Positions 58,828 through 64,000 of a stretch of DNA of 64,000 nucleotides are shown piece by piece. The stretch's first letter is position 1, and the number at the start of each line of letters is the position of its first letter. The notes under the pieces are model-generated. The model was not told where the DNA came from. It saw only the letters and a list, made by a program, of their open reading frames with translations, and searched no databases. This DNA comes from a virus (taxonomy: Duplodnaviria > Caudoviricetes). The stretch is taken from IMG/VR virus record IMGVR_UViG_3300021387_000452; one strand, 5' to 3'. A program made the translations under genes and the position numbers.

Positions 58828-59103
58828 TTATCTAGCTACTGAATCAACCATACGCTCATTTTTACTAAACAATGAACTAAGTCTATCAGCGTATGAGCTA
58901 ATCTGACTTGAAGTTGATTTTAGTGTACGAAAATGTTCTCTCGACATTGGAACAAGCTTTGTAATGTTGCCATCTTCATCATTTTCTTCTACTGAAAGAA
59001 AGCTAGATAAATGATCAGCGAATTCGATGTAATTCTTAATTGTAGTAATTAAGCTTTCACATTCATTAAGGAATCCACAATAATCTGAATTTGAAACTAC
59101 CAT
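58828..59103 (-). CDS. Hypothetical helical protein
   Basis: Start moved to ATG 59103 (AGGAG RBS 9 nt upstream). Confidence 0.65.
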   Translation of the reverse strand: MVVSNSDYCGFLNECESLITTIKNYIEFADHLSSFLSVEENDEDGNITKLVPMSREHFRTLKSTSSQISSYADRLSSLFSKNERMVDSVAR

Positions 59104-59179
59104 TGTACATTCTCCTATGTAGTTAGCATCTACGTTATACACACTATGTATATACCATAAGACGCTACCTGTTAACTAA

Positions 59180-59491
59180 TTATACACAACCACAGCCACC
59201 AACTGAGGTTGTAGTAATTGTGCTTGTTGCAGCATTTGATTCTAAATAATTATCAAACGAAATAAATTCTTGATCAGCGTACTTTGACAAATGAAGAGTA
59301 CCATCTTCATCTGCAGCAGATAAAGCAATAAATAAACCCCATTTACCGCATGGTGTCTGAAGCAATATTATATCGCCTTTTTCAATATCAACGACATCTG
59401 ATTCTTTTGGTAATTTGTATATTTTGCTATATTTTGCTTTATTATCTAGCAAAACATGATTGGAATAATCCCTAGTAAAATCTAATGACAT
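59180..59491 (-). CDS. Hypothetical protein ending GGCGCV
   Basis: Start moved to ATG 59491 (GGAG RBS). Confidence 0.65.
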   Translation of the reverse strand: MSLDFTRDYSNHVLLDNKAKYSKIYKLPKESDVVDIEKGDIILLQTPCGKWGLFIALSAADEDGTLHLSKYADQEFISFDNYLESNAATSTITTTSVGGCGCV

Positions 59492-60231
59492 TTTATACTC
59501 CAATTGAATATTTTTATACACAGCATTTTAATGCTAAATAATAAGATTGTCAACAGCTCATACAATGAATATTTATATGATATTGGAGTAAGATAATCAT
59601 CATTCTTTCTGTATACAAGCGGTCTATCTGAGTCATATCTAACATCTGACGTCTGAAGCTCTTCAGCTAGATATTCTTCAGAAAATCTTGACTGCACTTT
59701 AGCTGAATTTCTATCTCGCACATAGCATTGGCATGTAGAATTACTTAAGCCAAATGAAATTTTCATGCATGGATAAATAATCAATTTATCTTCAAGACCA
59801 ATCTTAAATAGCAAAGAAATTAAGTCTTTGGCAAATGGAGCATCATCAAAGTAATCTAAAAAAGTGATCTTCTTATCTTTAGAAAGCGCAATCAGAATCT
59901 CAACAAGAAGTCTATCTTGGTCAGATAAGTCTGAAAAATGAAGCCATAGCAAATGATTCTTACCAAAGAAGTTCAAGTACTCAGAAAATTTGTCAACATT
60001 AAATCTCTTCTTAATGTATCGAAATATGTTTTCTTTAATGTTGTAGTCTCTACTAATATAAGCTACTATATCTTCTGATTTCACTAACGATTCATTATCT
60101 ACTGTGTACTTAGTATGCTTTATCTTATAAGCAAAGCGGGCTACATAATCAGAATTTGATGAGAACACTGACATAACATTTCTTGTAATTAGTCTAACAT
60201 TATAATCAGTGTCTACCAAATCTGCGATCAT
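59482..60231 (-). CDS. Degenerate ABC-ATPase-fold protein with a hydrophobic C-terminus
   Basis: LSDQDRLLVEILIALSKDKKITFLDYFD follows the ABC signature/Walker B spacing, but no Walker A is present. Confidence 0.5.
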   Translation of the reverse strand: MIADLVDTDYNVRLITRNVMSVFSSNSDYVARFAYKIKHTKYTVDNESLVKSEDIVAYISRDYNIKENIFRYIKKRFNVDKFSEYLNFFGKNHLLWLHFSDLSDQDRLLVEILIALSKDKKITFLDYFDDAPFAKDLISLLFKIGLEDKLIIYPCMKISFGLSNSTCQCYVRDRNSAKVQSRFSEEYLAEELQTSDVRYDSDRPLVYRKNDDYLTPISYKYSLYELLTILLFSIKMLCIKIFNWSIKCH

Positions 60232-60236
60232 ATAAC

Positions 60237-61235
60237 CTAACCTTCACTATCGTCAGTTAAAGCATTCTTCAATTCAATAAGAGTTGGAACATAGTTTCGC
60301 TTAAAGTGATGCTTTAAAAAGCTCTGAAAATCATTCCACATTAAAGTACCACCAGAAAGTTTATATTCATCATATAGTGCTTTCTTCTCTTGCTTTTGTC
60401 TTTTAACTGTGTCAGATATTTTCTTTCTATGTTCTAAATCTGACATAACTCTCTTAGCAGAATCTGACATCTTTGATTTAGTTTCATCTGTAGTGATACG
60501 CTTACGTCTAGCAATACTAAGCTTCTTCCTATGTTCATCGGAAAATTTTCTACCTGAATTAGCTTTGCTAATCTTCTTCCTAGTATCTTCAGATGTTTTA
60601 TGACCTAATAACTTTTCAACTCGCTTAGCTATAGTTTCTGCTGATTGCTTTCTGCCAGTACATCGTTCACTTTGCTGTCTACGATGCTCTTCGATTGACC
60701 AGTAAGCATTAGATTTATCTCTTATTCTCTGTAAAGTTTCTTCATCATAGTGTTTACCATAGAATGGATGTGCAGCGCCTACACACTTACCCTTTCTACT
60801 TATACTTATACGTTTTCGCGTCTCTTCAGTTGGTGACAGTCCTTTATTCCATGGAATGTCTCCTTTCTTAAACTCACGCCCGCGTCTAGCGTCTTTTCTT
60901 GAAAGTCTAATTCTTTGAGAATTACCTATCTTTTTTCTAGTCTCTTCTGATACTGTGTGTATAGCTGAATGCTCTTCTGGAGTTACAAAGATGATATACT
61001 TACCATATTCAAAATGCTCATTCCCATCTTCATTAATTTCAAATCCCCAGAGTTCATAGTGTTCGTCATTATATTTTCTTTGTTCTTCAGTATCACGAAG
61101 ATGATGGCGAACCGTAGCATTAGGATCAGGATTATACTTTAATGATTTCTGAATTTCTCTAGAAGCAATGTCATATTTATGATTTACAGAAAGCCAATCT
61201 TCTTGGCAAGCATTGCGCCACTCTTTAATGTTCAT
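60237..61235 (-). CDS. Free-standing homing endonuclease-like protein (HNH-like N-terminus + NUMOD3 repeats)
   Basis: VRHH...FVTPEEHSAIH plus repeated (S/T)EETRKKIS, PWNKG and HPFYGKH motifs. Start probably ATG 61235 (GGAG 9 nt upstream). Confidence 0.8.
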   Translation of the reverse strand: MNIKEWRNACQEDWLSVNHKYDIASREIQKSLKYNPDPNATVRHHLRDTEEQRKYNDEHYELWGFEINEDGNEHFEYGKYIIFVTPEEHSAIHTVSEETRKKIGNSQRIRLSRKDARRGREFKKGDIPWNKGLSPTEETRKRISISRKGKCVGAAHPFYGKHYDEETLQRIRDKSNAYWSIEEHRRQQSERCTGRKQSAETIAKRVEKLLGHKTSEDTRKKISKANSGRKFSDEHRKKLSIARRKRITTDETKSKMSDSAKRVMSDLEHRKKISDTVKRQKQEKKALYDEYKLSGGTLMWNDFQSFLKHHFKRNYVPTLIELKNALTDDSEG

Positions 61236-61238
61236 AAG

Positions 61239-61290
61239 CTTCATCTCCTATCTTGTTATTAACTATATAAACTAGATATAGAAGATGAAG
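61239..61290 (-). promoter_or_regulatory. RBS-sequestering hairpin with a late promoter motif in its 5' arm
   Basis: CTTCATCTTCTAT pairs with ATAGGAGATGAAG; ATATCTA at 61273-61279. Confidence 0.7.
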
Positions 61291-61300
61291 TATACATAAC

Positions 61301-61744
61301 TTAACCTTCATTACTAGGAGATTCTGAGTCTGTCAGGGCTTCTTTCAACTGCTGTAATGTCGACGATGACATGCCGCGAAGCAAATTATAAATTTCATCC
61401 ACACGAGCTGTGTTGTCAGTATCAATAGCCTGCTTTGATATCTGACTACAAATAGTCATAATTTCAGCCTGAGCTTTCTTTGCCTCTTTGTATCTAGCAT
61501 TGAGCTCTTTAACATCAAGCTTCTGAACATCTACATTATATAGTCTATCTTCTGCTTCAGAAATAAACTTATTCAATGTGTTTAATCTAGTCAAAGATGC
61601 TGCTGAGAAATAACTTAGATACGCAGCCAACTTTCGCGCTAACAAAGTCAAGTTATTACTTAACTCAACTGGTATATCAGCAACTACTGCAGCATCAATA
61701 ATATCTCTTGCCTTATCATCTCTCTTTTTAAGTTCATTCTTCAT
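61301..61744 (-). CDS. Coiled-coil protein, possible terminase small subunit
   Basis: 147 aa, all-helical; size and pattern are compatible with gp16-like TerS, but there is no diagnostic motif. Confidence 0.35.
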   Translation of the reverse strand: MKNELKKRDDKARDIIDAAVVADIPVELSNNLTLLARKLAAYLSYFSAASLTRLNTLNKFISEAEDRLYNVDVQKLDVKELNARYKEAKKAQAEIMTICSQISKQAIDTDNTARVDEIYNLLRGMSSSTLQQLKEALTDSESPSNEG

Positions 61745-62622
61745 GGCTTTAACACATCTTTTGATTTAAGAATTCGATCTATAACAGCTGGAGTTTTATC
61801 ATATTTATTAGATAAATCTTCTACACTAAGGCCATCATCATGATCTTCTAAAATAGATAAGTCAGTCAAAAGATTTTTAATGTAACTAGTCGATGGGATA
61901 TTGAACTTGTCTTCCTGAAAGACATCCAAAAATGGAAGGAATTTATCTCCAAGCAACTGATATAGTGTATTAAAATAATTCTGCCCCAAAGAAGCATCTA
62001 AACACTTTGCTAAATTCTCTATTTGATCTTCTGTATAATCATCGTAAATTGAAATCAAATCACATGGAGTCTTCATATTCTTAACCTCTGAATAAGCTTC
62101 CCAGTCTTTTACATCATCAAGCATCCCGTCTTGCTTACTATGAGAACCGTTACTCTTAAATAGATCCCAAGTACGTCGTGAAATATCTCTAAATGAGTCT
62201 ATCGAATCAATAGTAAGATCATGCATGTCAATGAGATCTGACTTAATCTCAAATGACTTTGGATATACTACGCATCTGTCAAGAACTTCATCTTCTGTAC
62301 TTACAAGACGATTAGATCTAAATACAAAGTTTGAAACAGAATTTCGAATTCTAGTAAATAAAATGTTCCTAAGATTATTAGTCTCTGCATCTGAATTACT
62401 AGCTGCAACTTTCTTAAAGAAAGCTACACAGTCTGTTGTAGCCAGTGAGCATAAATCTTCTTTATTAAAGTGCTCTAAATACTTATAGAAGTACTTTGTA
62501 ATAACTACGCTTGCTAATGTAGAAATATAATCCCAGCACTGCTGATTAGGTACTCCATCTGTTAAAAAATCACATATACGTGGTATTGGAGCGCTATTCG
62601 TATCTGATTTCCGTCTAGCCAT
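61741..62622 (-). CDS. Putative phage sigma-like factor: sigma region 2-like N-terminus fused to a Mor-like HTH C-terminus
   Basis: KEDLCS...LRNILFTRIRNSVSN is region 2-like. LYQLLG...FQEDKFNIP...GLSVEDLSNKYDKTPAVIDRIL is Mor-like. Confidence 0.6.
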   Translation of the reverse strand: MARRKSDTNSAPIPRICDFLTDGVPNQQCWDYISTLASVVITKYFYKYLEHFNKEDLCSLATTDCVAFFKKVAASNSDAETNNLRNILFTRIRNSVSNFVFRSNRLVSTEDEVLDRCVVYPKSFEIKSDLIDMHDLTIDSIDSFRDISRRTWDLFKSNGSHSKQDGMLDDVKDWEAYSEVKNMKTPCDLISIYDDYTEDQIENLAKCLDASLGQNYFNTLYQLLGDKFLPFLDVFQEDKFNIPSTSYIKNLLTDLSILEDHDDGLSVEDLSNKYDKTPAVIDRILKSKDVLKP

Positions 62623-62665
62623 TATATAAATCTCCTAAAGTTTAATGTCTAAAGTCTATACTTTT

Positions 62666-62673
62666 AATATACA
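62666..62673 (-). promoter_or_regulatory. TGTATATT motif upstream of the sigma-like gene
   Basis: 44 nt upstream of ATG 62622; no ATATCWA in this intergenic region. Confidence 0.55.
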
Positions 62674-62679
62674 CTGCGA

Positions 62680-63357
62680 CTAGAGATTCATTAATGAAAA
62701 CTTAATAAACGATACACAGCAGTCGTATGTAAGTGTATCATTCTTAAACAGAAATTCAAGAACATCGCCATAGTCTTTTAACTGAGTACCGCATAAATCT
62801 GACGGTGGCTTGAGACGCTTAATATGAAAGTCTTTGTCTGACCCAGAATGTTTCATGCATATTCTATGAAACCCTTCATTTCCAGCTGTATCATTATCAA
62901 ATGCGCAATAAACAGTACTGCTTGTACCTTTTAAGAAATTCATGCAATCAACTGATACTGATACGCCATTTGTAGCTATAACAAATGGATAGAAATTCCT
63001 TAAAAAGTCTGAGTCTAAGGCTGATTCTACAATTACCCATGGCTTATAGAATGGCTTAGAATTTACTCCAGCTCCGTATGGTATGTACTTGCACTCACTG
63101 TGATAACGAAACTGCTTGCTTGTAATTGCTCTTACTACAAGACCAATGACTTCTCCATTAAGAATATTTGGCATAACTATGCACTTACCATTATCAGATA
63201 CAAATGATCTGAAATAAGCATCAAACTTATCATAACGATAAACGTCATAGCCTGTTATTAGTCTATATGGATTGTTAAAAGCAAGTGAGTATGAAGCATA
63301 CTTGTTATATGGCTTATCTATCTGCGGCAATGAATAAAAATACTCAGTGAGATTCAT
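62680..63357 (-). CDS. DnaG-type primase catalytic (Toprim) core lacking a zinc-binding domain
   Basis: IVMP...GEVIGLVVR, IVESALD, IATNG, AFDNDTAG and KDYGD motifs. Confidence 0.85.
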   Translation of the reverse strand: MNLTEYFYSLPQIDKPYNKYASYSLAFNNPYRLITGYDVYRYDKFDAYFRSFVSDNGKCIVMPNILNGEVIGLVVRAITSKQFRYHSECKYIPYGAGVNSKPFYKPWVIVESALDSDFLRNFYPFVIATNGVSVSVDCMNFLKGTSSTVYCAFDNDTAGNEGFHRICMKHSGSDKDFHIKRLKPPSDLCGTQLKDYGDVLEFLFKNDTLTYDCCVSFIKFSLMNL

Positions 63358-63359
63358 TA

Positions 63360-64000
63360 CTAATCACCTGCATAGTCAGAAGAATCTTTCAATGTAAATC
63401 TACCATGCTCTGCAAAATATGTTCTATCACTGTACTCCATAAACTTTGGATCGTGAGTAATAAGAACTATTGACAGACCTGTGTCATCACATAGCCCATG
63501 AAGAAATTCCATAAACTTTGGAATGTATGTTTTAGACAGCTGAGAAAACTGCTCATCTAAGAACATGTAGTTCGACACATTTGGTAAATTAATAATGTAG
63601 AATATCTGAATGATAGATGCTATAACAACAAGGATACCACCAGCAATGTTTGAATCTTTAACAGGAATCAAATTTCCATCATCATCTAGAAGTAATTCAA
63701 CGCATTTAACGTTTCGTTTCTCAACGACTCTAATTTTGATAGAATAATTTCTGTCAAAGAATATCTGCTTCAAACCTACTGTTAAAAGGCTTTCTAGCTT
63801 CTTCAGAAGTGAATCTGAAAACTTATTGATTAAATCATCAATAATAGGTTTGCACATCTTTAGCACACTTTGTTCATATTGTAAATCATCTATCTTAAAA
63901 GATAATTCATCAATTGACTTCTGCGTACTATCAATAGATGATTGAATCCCACGGTACTTAATTAGTAAATTAGTAATATCACTTTCAAATTCTGCATCAA
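63360..64000 (-). CDS. SbcC/Rad50/gp46-like ATPase, C-terminal part (5' end beyond the window)
   Basis: IAGG signature, MFLDE Walker B, ITHD H-loop. Frame stays open to the window edge (DAEFESDITNLL...). Confidence 0.85.
   Translation of the reverse strand, partial: DAEFESDITNLLIKYRGIQSSIDSTQKSIDELSFKIDDLQYEQSVLKMCKPIIDDLINKFSDSLLKKLESLLTVGLKQIFFDRNYSIKIRVVEKRNVKCVELLLDDDGNLIPVKDSNIAGGILVVIASIIQIFYIINLPNVSNYMFLDEQFSQLSKTYIPKFMEFLHGLCDDTGLSIVLITHDPKFMEYSDRTYFAEHGRFTLKDSSDYAGD

Noticed and set aside
60237-61244. Homing endonuclease as part of an intron or intein
   Set aside because: The flanking genes look complete and unrelated, and the intergenic gaps are too short for a ribozyme core. It appears free-standing.
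20-62488. All plus-strand ORFs in the track (e.g. 6351-7097, 25247-25633, 18072-18401)
   Set aside because: They are antisense shadows of long minus-strand genes, with no RBS, no recognisable motifs and no plus-strand promoter pattern.
62635-62656. ACTTTAG direct repeat upstream of the sigma-like gene as an operator
   Set aside because: Only two 7-bp AT-rich copies, one running into the RBS, and not seen at other promoters; too weak to call.
1-64000. Alternative genetic code (stop-codon reassignment)
   Set aside because: Core genes are full length under code 11, and TAA, TAG and TGA all serve as stops at gene ends.

Overview
A 64-kb segment of an AT-rich, large myovirus only distantly related to T4-like phages. 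Every credible gene is on the minus strand. Transcription runs from right to left. It starts with a replication/regulation block: SbcC/gp46-like ATPase (partial), Toprim primase core, a sigma-region-2/Mor-like regulator, a possible small terminase, an HNH/NUMOD3 homing endonuclease, a degenerate ABC-ATPase-like protein, DnaB helicase and RecA/UvsX. Next come an ankyrin+PKD protein, the portal, a 19-kb tail fibre/adhesin cluster, prohead protease, major capsid protein, core/neck proteins, two tail-sheath paralogues, tail tube, tape measure with an NlpC/P60 domain, and baseplate genes. A few DNA-metabolism genes (phosphoesterase, 5'-3' exonuclease, SF2 helicase, stand-alone primase zinc finger) are interleaved among the tail genes. 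No tRNA, CRISPR array, integrase or reverse transcriptase was seen. Two candidate systems stand out. (1) A two-class transcription code: a non-T4 candidate late promoter ATATC(A/T)A lies mostly 32-57 nt upstream of about 15 genes, a TGTATAnT motif lies upstream of replication genes, both are repeatedly built into the loop or edge of intrinsic terminators, and a sigma2-Mor fusion is the candidate reader. (2) A candidate capsid-cargo code: a shared LExR(L/I)xxLE tag plus recurrent (K)NE|S/A protease-type sites in otherwise unrelated head-region proteins. Other oddities are a split primase, a duplicated sheath, a catalytically dead ABC fold and a shuffled family of tail-associated modules. All family calls come from motif recognition by eye; no database search was run.
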